From contig DYLD01000004.1 in NCBI GenBank assembly GCA_020722315.1, forward strand, positions 1 through 45,284: a DNA stretch of 45,284 nucleotides. The letters run 5' to 3'. Under the pieces are notes generated by a model. The model was not told the origin of the DNA, did no database searches, and saw only the letters and a program-made list of their open reading frames with translations. Position numbers and translations under genes: made by a program. Source of the stretch: Syntrophus aciditrophicus. GTDB lineage: Bacteria > Desulfobacterota > Syntrophia > Syntrophales > UBA5619. The first letter of the stretch is position 1. Each line of letters starts with the position of its first letter. This document shows, piece by piece, positions 8,790 through 18,339 of the stretch.

Positions 8790-9836
8790 ATGCGTGAAGA
8801 AAACGGTAAAACATGGATTACCAGTGCGGAACTTCAGGCCAAAACAAACATATCCCGTGCAACCATGAATAACTATATAAAAATGGGGATTATACCAAGA
8901 CCCGTGATCAAAAAGCCTGACGAGAAGCAGATCAAGGCTAAAAGGATTGGTTATTTTCACGATTCAGCCTTGGGCGCGATAAATCTAGTAAAACTTTATA
9001 AAAATCAAGGGCTTTCAATGAAAGAGATAAAGGAGCGGTTTCTTGGAGAAATCGACCGGAGCGAGAATCGTCAGGATCAGCTAAGCAGGAATAACAAAAA
9101 CCAAAGCGGGAATGAGTATCCGTCCGATCTCGAAGAAACCGTCAGGTCAGCGGTTCCGTCCTTTGTCAATGTTGCTGTACTGTCTACCTGTTTGGACGAC
9201 TCGGCGAAAATCCGTGCGGAGCTTCCAGGCGACGTTTATTTGAGTATTTTGATACGCTTACGTGGAATTGTTCAAGAGGTATGTCAGAATTACACGCGCC
9301 CAATTAGACAGAACTCGTCTGATAAGCTGTTATGGTATTTTGTTAAGGATCGAGATGATGGTTATCTTGCAAATGCTCTTGCATGCGCTGCAAAAATAAA
9401 GCAGCGGGTCGTTGATATGAACCGTCAGATGAAAAGCGATCAGCTGCTATTAAACGATATTTTTCTGAATATCGGGATATTTGAAGGACAAGAACATCTC
9501 GTTGTAGTTGCTTCCCCCGTTGCCGATGAAATACTGACCGCAGGAATTACCGGATCTTACGCTGAATTACTTTGTGAGGCAGGCAGGCGGGGATCAGTTT
9601 TAGTCTCAAAGGATTTTATCAATAAACTCGATGAAATCCAAAGGCAAAGGCTCAGGTACGGAATCCGTAAGCACATTGACGATTCGACTATTACGATCCA
9701 AAACACCTTTTCACGAATCAAGGATCTTTCGTTTCTGGATAAAGATCGTTACGAAAGGCTGGAGGAAATCCAAAATGTTGCTGTTGCTGAAATCTTGGAT
9801 TTTGGTGAGGAACCAACAAACCGGTCAAAAGGGTAG
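8790..9836 (+). CDS. MerR-like wHTH fused to a degenerate class III adenylate/guanylate cyclase-like domain
   Basis: N-terminal ISRATMNNYIKMGIIPRP...GYF...GLSMKEI; C-terminal VAVLSTCLDDS, SSDKLLWYF, ALACA, LNIGIFEG; SD GAGGTGG upstream. Confidence 0.65.
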   Translation: MREENGKTWITSAELQAKTNISRATMNNYIKMGIIPRPVIKKPDEKQIKAKRIGYFHDSALGAINLVKLYKNQGLSMKEIKERFLGEIDRSENRQDQLSRNNKNQSGNEYPSDLEETVRSAVPSFVNVAVLSTCLDDSAKIRAELPGDVYLSILIRLRGIVQEVCQNYTRPIRQNSSDKLLWYFVKDRDDGYLANALACAAKIKQRVVDMNRQMKSDQLLLNDIFLNIGIFEGQEHLVVVASPVADEILTAGITGSYAELLCEAGRRGSVLVSKDFINKLDEIQRQRLRYGIRKHIDDSTITIQNTFSRIKDLSFLDKDRYERLEEIQNVAVAEILDFGEEPTNRSKG

Positions 9837-9866
9837 AGGCTATTTTTAGGGAAAAATAAATATAAC

Positions 9867-10058
9867 GAGACCTTTGCGAAACTCCGCCTTGTCGCTCATA
9901 AAGCTTTTTCGACCCCGCGGCCTTTCGCTCAAGGCTTCAAAGGCTAAACGCTCTGGGAACGCTTACGTTCTTAACACCTTTAGAGCCTTGGGCTTCACGC
10001 CGGGGTACCCCGAAAAATCAATAAATTTGCGCTTCTGGCAGCCTTTTTCAAAGGTCTT
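9867..10058. mobile_element. MITE-like fold-back element with IS5-family (IS1106-like) terminal inverted repeats
   Basis: Ends GAGACCTTTGCGAAA and TTTTTCAAAGGTCTT (12/15 inverted match), nested internal inverted repeats, no transposase, second copy at 45230. Confidence 0.72.
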
Positions 10059-10105
10059 ACTTTGTGTTTCATACGGCCATGAAGGTCTCAAAGAAACATC
10101 GGTTG

Positions 10106-12622
10106 TCAGAGAAAATGTTCCACAACGAGATTTCTTCCGTCCGTTTTCACCGTGACAGCTCCGTCATAATCGGTCCGATATACTTTTACCCCTTGGGAGG
10201 CATATCTTTTGACCGTTTCCCGATGAGGGAACCCGAAGACATTGTCTGATCCGCAACTGACAATGGCGATTTTGGGTTTAACCTTTTTCAGAAACTTGAG
10301 GCTGCTCGAAAAGCGGCTTCCATGGTGCGGGACGATAAGCACGTCGCTGTTCAAGTTCCAGCCGGATTCTATCAATTGGTTTTCGGCGTGCGACGAGATA
10401 TCTGACGTTAACAGCAAGCTTTTTTCTCCAAAAGAAAGCCTTATCACCAGCGATCGGTCGTTTTGTGTCGTGTGACGGATCTCCTTTGTTGCATCATCAC
10501 TGCCTGAGTTTGTGCAGTACGTATGATCTTTGCTTGGCGGGTTTAAAACCTTGAGCCGAACACCCGAGAAATCCCTTTCCGGTTCGTTGTTTGAAATAAT
10601 TTTCAGCTGGATATGCCTTTTTCTGATAATTTCTAGAAATGATGCGTATTGTTCGGTTGGTGCGTAATCACCATTACACCAGACCTCCCCGACCGTGAAA
10701 TTTTCGAGTATAAACAAAAGACCATTCAGATGATCTGCGTCGGGATGTGTCAGGACGACGGTGTCTATCGACGTGATTCTTTTATGCCAGAGGTATGGCG
10801 CCACAACGGTCTTTCCTATATCGAAGCTCTTATCGAAAAAACCTCCTCCGTCAACCAGCATCTTTTTCCCCTTTGGGAATTCCACTAGGATGCTGCTTCC
10901 CTGACCGACGTCTATAACCGTGAGAGAGAGGTTTTCTTGATGAATATCTTTTAGATAGGGGTAAGTCCAGCTTACCGTAAAGAAAAGCATAACAGCCAGT
11001 GGCGGTAACACGAACAGGAACGTGTTTGTTGTTTTCCTTTTGGTTGCGTTTTTGGATAAAAAATTCAGAACCAGGCCTGCCCATACCAACAAAATGTAAA
11101 AGGCTGCCACCTCCGCGATGCTTGGCGTGGGCACAAAAATTGAAGCCCAGGAAAAAGAGGCAAACCAGTCAATAAAATAGAGTGAAATTTTTACAAGCAG
11201 TTCTGCCAGGGAGATAATCAGGCCGGCCAGGAAAGATGAGACCGGCACTGCAACAACAATCGCCAGGGAAACCGGGATCGCAAGGATGCCGAGAATGGGA
11301 ACGCAAATCATGTTTGCCGCAATTCCGATCAATGGGATGCGGTTGAAATATAAGGTTATCAATGGCAGCGTTCCCAATGTCGCCGTCACTGAGGCGAGGA
11401 AAAAAATACCGAAACCCCTTAACGAGTTCTTGGCGATGATGATCAGTTTGCCCTTCATGCCCTGCGATGCCTTGTGTTGTACAATAGGCGGCAGAATTGC
11501 AATGAATTTAGGCATGAAAAATATCAGTGCGGCGACAGCAACGAAAGAAAGTTGGAAGGAGATCGCAAAGAGGGAATAGGGCGTTACAATCAGGATCAGA
11601 AACGCGGCAAAGGCCAAAATGTTGTAAAGATCTCCCTGTCTATCCAAGAGAAGCGCCGACAAGAATGCTGTTAGCATAATAGAGGCGCGTATAACAGAAA
11701 TCCCTGCGCCCGCGACACCTGTGTAAAAAATAACAACCAGGATAGACGAAACAACAGACAACTTGATTACGTTGAATCTCAGCAGGATATATTCGAAATT
11801 CAGCGCCAAACGTGCCAAAAAAAGTGCGAATGCCGCAACGATCCCGATGTTAAATCCCGAGATTGCAATAATATGTGTCAGCCCGGTTTTGTTAAATTTT
11901 TCCATTGTTTCGTTGCCTATCGCCTCTTGATTCCCCAGGATCATCGCCTGAATGATGCTCCCTTGGGTACCGGGCGATTTCACTGCGATTGTTTGGCGGA
12001 TGTTTTCACGGAATTGTGCCATTTTTGCCTTCAACGGATTTCCCTGTCCACGACGCAAAATCACATACGAAATTTCATCATTGAGAAACCCCCTGACCAG
12101 AATCCCTCGAAAGCGAAGGCCCCTTTCGTAATCAAAACCGCCCGGGTTTTTAAAGTTGCGTGGTTTTTTTAGACGTGCATGAAAACGGATAAAATCGCCG
12201 TATCGTAACGGTTGTTGACCATTCATGCTCAACAACACCTTTCCCGACACGTTACGGTAGTGTCCTTTTTCGAGCATCCTTGAGAGGCTGACCACGATGT
12301 ATGTTTTTTCAGGAGACACCTTGGGATTTTCAGAAATGACCCCTTCCGCGGTAATCTTTTTGCCATCAATACAGTGGACAATGTGGTTTGCCGGTATCGG
12401 TGGGTAAAGGTAAAGGTTGATCTCCAAAATCCCGAGAAAAAAAATACAAGCAAGAAACGCTTCGTAAACAAACGCCTCCTTTTTCAATAAGTGAAGGGAA
12501 AAAACCGCTACGAGCGAGGCGTTAAGGAAGGCCAAAACCAAAAAGTTATCAATAAACCAAATAGTTCCGCACCAAATACCTGCGATGAGAACCGCTGTCA
12601 TATCAACAAAAGGTCTTTTCAC
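10106..12622 (-). CDS. comEC: DNA uptake competence protein ComEC/Rec2
   Basis: NPGGFDY, GLTHIIAISGFNI, SFQLSF and beta-lactamase-like domain DVGQG, THPDADH, PHHGS, GFPH. Confidence 0.95.
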   Translation of the reverse strand: MKRPFVDMTAVLIAGIWCGTIWFIDNFLVLAFLNASLVAVFSLHLLKKEAFVYEAFLACIFFLGILEINLYLYPPIPANHIVHCIDGKKITAEGVISENPKVSPEKTYIVVSLSRMLEKGHYRNVSGKVLLSMNGQQPLRYGDFIRFHARLKKPRNFKNPGGFDYERGLRFRGILVRGFLNDEISYVILRRGQGNPLKAKMAQFRENIRQTIAVKSPGTQGSIIQAMILGNQEAIGNETMEKFNKTGLTHIIAISGFNIGIVAAFALFLARLALNFEYILLRFNVIKLSVVSSILVVIFYTGVAGAGISVIRASIMLTAFLSALLLDRQGDLYNILAFAAFLILIVTPYSLFAISFQLSFVAVAALIFFMPKFIAILPPIVQHKASQGMKGKLIIIAKNSLRGFGIFFLASVTATLGTLPLITLYFNRIPLIGIAANMICVPILGILAIPVSLAIVVAVPVSSFLAGLIISLAELLVKISLYFIDWFASFSWASIFVPTPSIAEVAAFYILLVWAGLVLNFLSKNATKRKTTNTFLFVLPPLAVMLFFTVSWTYPYLKDIHQENLSLTVIDVGQGSSILVEFPKGKKMLVDGGGFFDKSFDIGKTVVAPYLWHKRITSIDTVVLTHPDADHLNGLLFILENFTVGEVWCNGDYAPTEQYASFLEIIRKRHIQLKIISNNEPERDFSGVRLKVLNPPSKDHTYCTNSGSDDATKEIRHTTQNDRSLVIRLSFGEKSLLLTSDISSHAENQLIESGWNLNSDVLIVPHHGSRFSSSLKFLKKVKPKIAIVSCGSDNVFGFPHRETVKRYASQGVKVYRTDYDGAVTVKTDGRNLVVEHFL

Positions 12623-12852
12623 CGATTTCCCTTTTCATCCTGCAGGGTGAGATTTTTAAATAAAAAATAGTTTCGTCGCTCCTAAGGTATCTTTGAAGAT
12701 ACCGAGAGGTCTTTCAAACGTACGAAGTCTGTAAAAACTTTCAACCTGTAAAGATTTCTGATATTTAGCATATTGACTTTTCGACGGGTTATAAGTATTG
12801 AATCTGATCGGTACCAGCGATCTCAAAAAAATGGCAGAGGTGCTCACGAGAA

Positions 12853-14559
12853 TTGGAAGAAAAACCGCGATACGAAAACTTTACGGCAGGAATTCGTTGG
12901 CTCATCTTCTCTCGGATTGTTATCGTTTCGTTTATTCTGATGCTATCGGTTTTTGCCGAGTTCAACGCCGGGGCAAGTCTCTCCACACTCTCACAGTCCA
13001 TGTTTTTTAAAATCGCCCTTTTTATTTACCCTCTTTCAGCAGGTTACTATCTGTTTTTTTGTCGTTTTCCCGATGTTGTCATAAATACCTATCTCCAGAG
13101 CATGATCGATGTGCTTGCGATTACGGCTATCGTTTACTGCACAGGCGGCGTTCAAAGTTTATACTCGGTTTTTTATCCTATTGTTATCATATACTCGGTT
13201 ATTTTTCTTGGACGAAAGGGTGGATTGTTTGTTGCCTCAACAGCGGGGATCTTTTACGGCCTTTTGGCCGTTTTTGAATATTATGGCGTAATATATTATC
13301 AATCAGCGTCGTTTGTCGATTACCAACTGAACGCCGGTTATGTATTGGCAAGGATTGTCACACATATCTTATCTTTTTACTTTACAGCTTTTTTGTCAAT
13401 ATTTGCTGTCGAACAGGAAAAAAAGACAAGAAATCTCCTGGCCGAAAAAGAGGATGCCTTTGCGAAGCTAGATATGTTGCATAAAAGTATCGTTGAATCG
13501 GTAAACCTCGGAATCATAACGGTCAGCAACATGGGAAGAATCAAATCGTTTAATCGTGCGGCAACAGAAATCACCGGCCTTGCATTAAAAGATGTTGAGA
13601 ACCGTAACTTCACCGATATCTTTCCTGATTTTTACGATTTTTTACATGATCAAGAGAAAAATGAGAGCAGCAATTCAGGTCTGACCCGCATCGAAGGGAT
13701 TTTTCATACGCATGAAGGGCGCGAATTGAACCTGGGAGCGTCCTTTTCTCCTCTGCGTGACCATTATGGCAACACAATAGGGCAGATTATCATTTTTCGG
13801 GATATTACCGAAATTCTTGAAATGAGAAATTCACTGGAAAAGAACCGTCGTCTTGCGTTTATCGGGGAGGTCGCCGCCAACCTCGCCCATGAGATACGCA
13901 ATCCGCTCGCCTCGATCGGCGGAGCCGTTCAGCTTCTTGAACAGGACTTTCCCCCGAATGAGATCAACAGCAAGCTTTTTCAAATCATCCTGAGGGGAAA
14001 GGAACAACTTGACAGTTTCCTCAAGGACTTTCTGCTAATGGCAAGGCCGGCGCCGGGGATTTGCGAGAAGATCGATTTGGGTGTAATGATCAAGGATGTT
14101 CTCGATTCCCTCCGTATTGCTACCGGCTGGCCGCAAATGCTGACGGTAAATCTCCATCTTCCCGAAACTCCCGTTTGGATAAATGTGAACAAAACGGAGA
14201 TTCGTCAGGCACTGTGGAATATCATCCTCAACTCGCTTCAGTCGATGCCGAAAGGAGGAGAATTGACGATCGAAGTGTCATTATGTCGCTTAAGGGATAG
14301 CGATGCTGTGCAGATCGCGATACGGGACACTGGCTGCGGCATCGAACGAAAAAATCTGCAACGGGTATTTGAACCTTTCTATACGTCAAGAAATATGGGA
14401 ACCGGTCTCGGATTGACCGTGGTAAGTCGCATCGTAGATAACTGGAAGGGCAAAATCGAGTTGAAAAGCGACGTGGGAAAAGGGACAACCTGTTTGCTGA
14501 CATTACCTGTTGACGTTTCTTTGCATGCGTCTGCTGCAGGACTGAAAATAGGGACGTGA
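12853..14559 (+). CDS. pilS: PilS-like PAS sensor histidine kinase
   Basis: About six N-terminal TM helices (TGG..S.YS.FY), PAS, H-box AHEIRNPL, DTGCGI, GTGLGL; paired with a sigma54 activator. Confidence 0.8.
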   Translation: MEEKPRYENFTAGIRWLIFSRIVIVSFILMLSVFAEFNAGASLSTLSQSMFFKIALFIYPLSAGYYLFFCRFPDVVINTYLQSMIDVLAITAIVYCTGGVQSLYSVFYPIVIIYSVIFLGRKGGLFVASTAGIFYGLLAVFEYYGVIYYQSASFVDYQLNAGYVLARIVTHILSFYFTAFLSIFAVEQEKKTRNLLAEKEDAFAKLDMLHKSIVESVNLGIITVSNMGRIKSFNRAATEITGLALKDVENRNFTDIFPDFYDFLHDQEKNESSNSGLTRIEGIFHTHEGRELNLGASFSPLRDHYGNTIGQIIIFRDITEILEMRNSLEKNRRLAFIGEVAANLAHEIRNPLASIGGAVQLLEQDFPPNEINSKLFQIILRGKEQLDSFLKDFLLMARPAPGICEKIDLGVMIKDVLDSLRIATGWPQMLTVNLHLPETPVWINVNKTEIRQALWNIILNSLQSMPKGGELTIEVSLCRLRDSDAVQIAIRDTGCGIERKNLQRVFEPFYTSRNMGTGLGLTVVSRIVDNWKGKIELKSDVGKGTTCLLTLPVDVSLHASAAGLKIGT

Positions 14560-14606
14560 GGACATTTAGAAAAGATTTTTAAAGGCTATACTTTTGGGGA
14601 ATACCA

Positions 14607-15971
14607 ATGGCTAACATACTGGTTGTCGATGATGAGCAGGGCATCCGAGAACTTCTCGAGATCATGCTTCAGAGAGAGGGATATCAGGTAACAGCGGAAG
14701 CCGACGGTGCAAAGGCTCTCCAGAGATGCCGCAAAGAGATATTTGATCTGATCATAACAGACCTCAAAATGCCTGGAATGGACGGGATCAGTTTTATCAG
14801 GGAAGTAAAAAAGATTTCTCCGACCTCGATGGTCATCCTTATTACTGCTTATGCTTCGGCGGAGACTGCACTTGCGGCTATGAAGGAAGGGGCATATGAT
14901 TATATCGAGAAAGAGTTCAATGTGGAGGATCTAAAGAGAATAATACGCAATGCCCTGGCTTTAAAAGATGAAAAGAAGCAGGACGAACTTTTTATCAAGG
15001 AGATGAGCCAGGCCGTGAGTTTCGGGGGGATGATCGGTAAAAACCCCGAGATGATCAAAATCTACGCAACGATCAGAAAAATCGCCGATACCCCGACAAA
15101 TATCCTCGTACTCGGGGAAAGCGGCACCGGAAAAGAACTTGTGGCAAGAGCTGTGCATGAAAACAGTTCCCGTAAGGGATTCCCGTTTGTGGTTATAAAT
15201 TGCGGAGGTATTCCCGAAAACCTTCTGGAAAGTGAATTGTTCGGCTATTGCAAAGGAGCTTTCACCGGTGCTTCCGCAGACAAGCCAGGCCTATTCGAGG
15301 TAGCGAAAGGCGGGACCATTTTTCTCGACGAAGTGGCTGAACTGCCTCCAGTACTACAGGTTAAACTCCTCAGAGTGGTTCAAGAAAAGACTTTTCGACG
15401 TATTGGAGGATCCGACGACATCAACGTTGATGTGCGCATCATTTCGGCCACCAATAAAAATCTTTCCCGTATGGTCAACTCAGGGGAGTTCAGGGAGGAT
15501 CTCTACTACAGACTCAACGTCATCTCACTTTCTTTGCCGCCGCTGAGGGAGAGAAAAGAAGATATTCCCCTTTTAACTAGGCACTTTATAGAAAAATATT
15601 CGCGTGAACTGGGGAAAGAAATCAAGACGATTTCCTCTTACGCAATGAGTCTGCTCATGGAATATCCCTTTCCGGGAAACGTACGGGAGTTGAAAAATAT
15701 CATCGAGAGGAGCGTCGCGCTGGAAACATCGAACATCATTCTGCCGGACAACCTGATACTTTATAAGGGAAACGGCCCGCAAACGGTCAGCTCTGGATCG
15801 GATGAATACGAAGCAGCGGGCAATTTGAATGAGAAGGTGGCTCTCTTCGAAAAAAATCTGATTCTTAAAGCCCTTCAAAAAACAGCAGGATCTAAAACAA
15901 AGGCCGCTGAATTGCTTGGAATAACTTATGATTCTTTGCATTATCGTTGTGAAAAACTCGGCATATCCTGA
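14607..15971 (+). CDS. pilR: PilR-like sigma54-dependent response regulator
   Basis: REC domain (VVDDE, TDLKMP), AAA+ GESGTGKE, GAFTGA, DLYYRLNV, Fis-type HTH. Confidence 0.82.
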   Translation: MANILVVDDEQGIRELLEIMLQREGYQVTAEADGAKALQRCRKEIFDLIITDLKMPGMDGISFIREVKKISPTSMVILITAYASAETALAAMKEGAYDYIEKEFNVEDLKRIIRNALALKDEKKQDELFIKEMSQAVSFGGMIGKNPEMIKIYATIRKIADTPTNILVLGESGTGKELVARAVHENSSRKGFPFVVINCGGIPENLLESELFGYCKGAFTGASADKPGLFEVAKGGTIFLDEVAELPPVLQVKLLRVVQEKTFRRIGGSDDINVDVRIISATNKNLSRMVNSGEFREDLYYRLNVISLSLPPLRERKEDIPLLTRHFIEKYSRELGKEIKTISSYAMSLLMEYPFPGNVRELKNIIERSVALETSNIILPDNLILYKGNGPQTVSSGSDEYEAAGNLNEKVALFEKNLILKALQKTAGSKTKAAELLGITYDSLHYRCEKLGIS

Positions 15972-15988
15972 CAAAAGATAAAATTTAC

Positions 15989-16017
15989 TTGACAGGAATC
16001 GCCTCATCCACTATAAG
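15989..16017 (+). promoter_or_regulatory. Sigma70-type promoter of the ABC/acyl-CoA ligase operon
   Basis: TTGACA (15989-15994), 17 nt spacer, TATAAG (16012-16017). Confidence 0.65.
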
Positions 16018-16238
16018 TCGGCAGCGAAAGGGTGTAATTCGTTCTACCTTCTTCAAATTAATGTCGATATCAAAAAAAGCAACAGTTTCAGATTTTGTTT
16101 GCTCTTTGTTAGGTATCTGTAAGGTGATAAGGGTTTGCGCTACGGGCAATCTTGCCGGGTTGTCTGCCGCGTAAAATGGTTGTCCGCGGGGAAGATCATT
16201 CGCTGCGGATAGAACTGAATTGATTTTAAAAGGAGGGC

Positions 16239-17444
16239 ATGATTATGGACGGGATAAAAAAGGGGATTCTGTTTGGTATTCTTGCCGTTTTTCTGCTGTG
16301 GCCTGTCATCGGCTTCTCGGAACCGGTTAAGGTAGGCGCCGCAATCAATCTAACCGGTCCTGCATCAAGCTGGGGGAAATTTCACGCCAAGGGGCATCAG
16401 GATTATTTCCGGTATGTAAACGAGGTCAAGGGAGGCGTCGGCGGTAGAAAGCTGGAGTTGATTTTGGTAGACACCGCGTACAAGGTTCCCGAAGCGGTTG
16501 CGGCGGCAAAGAAGTTCGCAGTCCAGGACAAGGTCGACATGATCGCCACCTGGGGAACCGGCGAAGGGCTGGCGGTAAAACCGGTCATCCAGAGCTACAA
16601 AATTCCGACCATCAATTACTCGGTGGGGTGGGAAATATTGCAACCGCCGATCGCGTATATGTATCTTCCGTTCGGCAGCTACCGTTTGGATTCCTATGGC
16701 GTTCTGGGATACATTAAAGCCATTCACAAGGGCAAAGAGCCGCCCAAGGTGGGGCTTCTTACCTACAACAACGCCTACGGGCGATCGATTCACAAGCCAT
16801 GTAAAGAATATGCCGAGAAGAACAATATCAATATTGTGGCGATCGAAGAATTTCCCCCGCAGACGGTCGATCTGTCTACGGAACTGCTTCGTCTGCAGAA
16901 AAGCGGCGCCGAGTATATCTTCATGCAGATATTGCCGTCGGCTATCATCAACACGTTTAAGAGCGCGGACCGGATCAATTACAATCCTCCGTTTTTCGGA
17001 ACGTGGACTGCTACCGATCCTGATTTCTTCCGTATGGGCAAGGGCCTGATCAGGGACCGTTTGAGGATGATGTTTTCCGGCTGTCTTCCCGCGGACAAGA
17101 GCAAAGGCTGGGCGGTTATGGAAGAACTTATCAAACGATACAAGACGGTGGATAAGTTTGACAACTCCTATTGGGAGGGGATCGCCGTTGCCAGCCTTAT
17201 GGAAAGGGCTATGGTAAGGGCAAATGAAAAGTTCAAAGAGATTAACAGCGAAACCATCAACAAGGCATTGGAAACATTCACAAATGAAGACTTTGGAGGG
17301 TTGATTCCGGCGGTAACCTACTCGCCGACCAATCACGAAGCTTCGTTCGTAACCAGGGTCGTTAAGGTCAATGAAGACGCGACTTACGTTCCTTTGACGA
17401 ATTTCTTCAATCCGTCCAAAGAGAAAGCGCAGATCCTTAAATAG
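16239..17444 (+). CDS. Liv-family ABC transporter substrate-binding protein
   Basis: Signal peptide, VKVG..LTGP, GGVGGRKLEL..DTAY, NAYG. Confidence 0.9.
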   Translation: MIMDGIKKGILFGILAVFLLWPVIGFSEPVKVGAAINLTGPASSWGKFHAKGHQDYFRYVNEVKGGVGGRKLELILVDTAYKVPEAVAAAKKFAVQDKVDMIATWGTGEGLAVKPVIQSYKIPTINYSVGWEILQPPIAYMYLPFGSYRLDSYGVLGYIKAIHKGKEPPKVGLLTYNNAYGRSIHKPCKEYAEKNNINIVAIEEFPPQTVDLSTELLRLQKSGAEYIFMQILPSAIINTFKSADRINYNPPFFGTWTATDPDFFRMGKGLIRDRLRMMFSGCLPADKSKGWAVMEELIKRYKTVDKFDNSYWEGIAVASLMERAMVRANEKFKEINSETINKALETFTNEDFGGLIPAVTYSPTNHEASFVTRVVKVNEDATYVPLTNFFNPSKEKAQILK

Positions 17445-17497
17445 CACCTCCGGTTTTTTGAGGATTTACAAAACGTTGAAACAAGGAGAAACAGCAG

Positions 17498-18325
17498 ATG
17501 AAGGCGTTTCGGGGACAGCCGTCCATTTATAAACAAAGTGATAGCAAAAGAAAACCGGCGGATCTGGAAATCCGGCGGCTGTCCCTTTCCTTTGGCGGCG
17601 TCAAGGCGTTGAGTGATATCGATTTGACGGTGAAAAGCGGCGATTTTTTCGCGATCATCGGTCCCAACGGCGCCGGGAAAACCAGCCTTATGAACTGTAT
17701 AACTGGGTTTTACCACTCTGATTCGGGGAGCATTATTTTCAACGGAAAGGAAATCACCCATTTACATCCCCATGAGCTGGTGCGTACCGGAATAGGCCGA
17801 ACCTTTCAGAACATCGAGCTCTTTCCAGGAATGACCGTTATCTCCAATCTATTTCTTGCGAGACATACCCATTACCACTACGGGTTTCTTCCTGCCTGCT
17901 TTTTTCTGAAGTCTGTCAGACAGGAAGAGATCGCCCACCGTCGTGTTCTGGAAGAGATCATTGATTTTCTCGAAATCCAATCGGTCCGCAATAAACCGGT
18001 GGGTTCCCTGCCTTATGGATTGATGAAACGGATCGAGCTGGGGCGCGCCCTTGCTCTTGAGCCTGCCCTTCTTCTTCTTGATGAACCGTTTGCCGGCATG
18101 AATCTCGAGGAAAAGGAAGATATGGTCCGTTTTCTGCTCGAGCTTAACCGTCAATGGGGGCAGACAATCATCCTTGTCGAGCACGACATGGCGGTTGTTA
18201 TGAGTATTGCCCGCAAGATTGCCGTGCTAAATTTCGGCGTAAAAATCACGGAAGGTTCGCCTTCCGAGGTGGTCAAGAATCCCGAGGTAATCAAGGCATA
18301 CCTTGGCGATGACAGTGTTCTTTAA
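17498..18325 (+). CDS. ABC ATP-binding protein, LivG-like
   Basis: GPNGAGKT, RTFQN, LLLDEP, VEHDM, VIKAYLG. Confidence 0.92.
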   Translation: MKAFRGQPSIYKQSDSKRKPADLEIRRLSLSFGGVKALSDIDLTVKSGDFFAIIGPNGAGKTSLMNCITGFYHSDSGSIIFNGKEITHLHPHELVRTGIGRTFQNIELFPGMTVISNLFLARHTHYHYGFLPACFFLKSVRQEEIAHRRVLEEIIDFLEIQSVRNKPVGSLPYGLMKRIELGRALALEPALLLLDEPFAGMNLEEKEDMVRFLLELNRQWGQTIILVEHDMAVVMSIARKIAVLNFGVKITEGSPSEVVKNPEVIKAYLGDDSVL

Positions 18326-18339
18326 AAAGGGGAAAATTC

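Noticed and set aside
9874-10155. 93-aa ORF across the repeat element
   Set aside because: Starts inside the terminal repeat, lacks an SD and transposase motifs, and overlaps the comEC 3' end; the fold-back structure explains the region better
12623-12852. Sigma54 -24/-12 promoter for comEC or pilS
   Set aside because: No convincing TGGCAC-N5-TTGC-like motif found on either strand by eye
16365-17447. 360-aa minus-strand ORF
   Set aside because: Antisense shadow of the ABC binding-protein gene; no recognisable motifs
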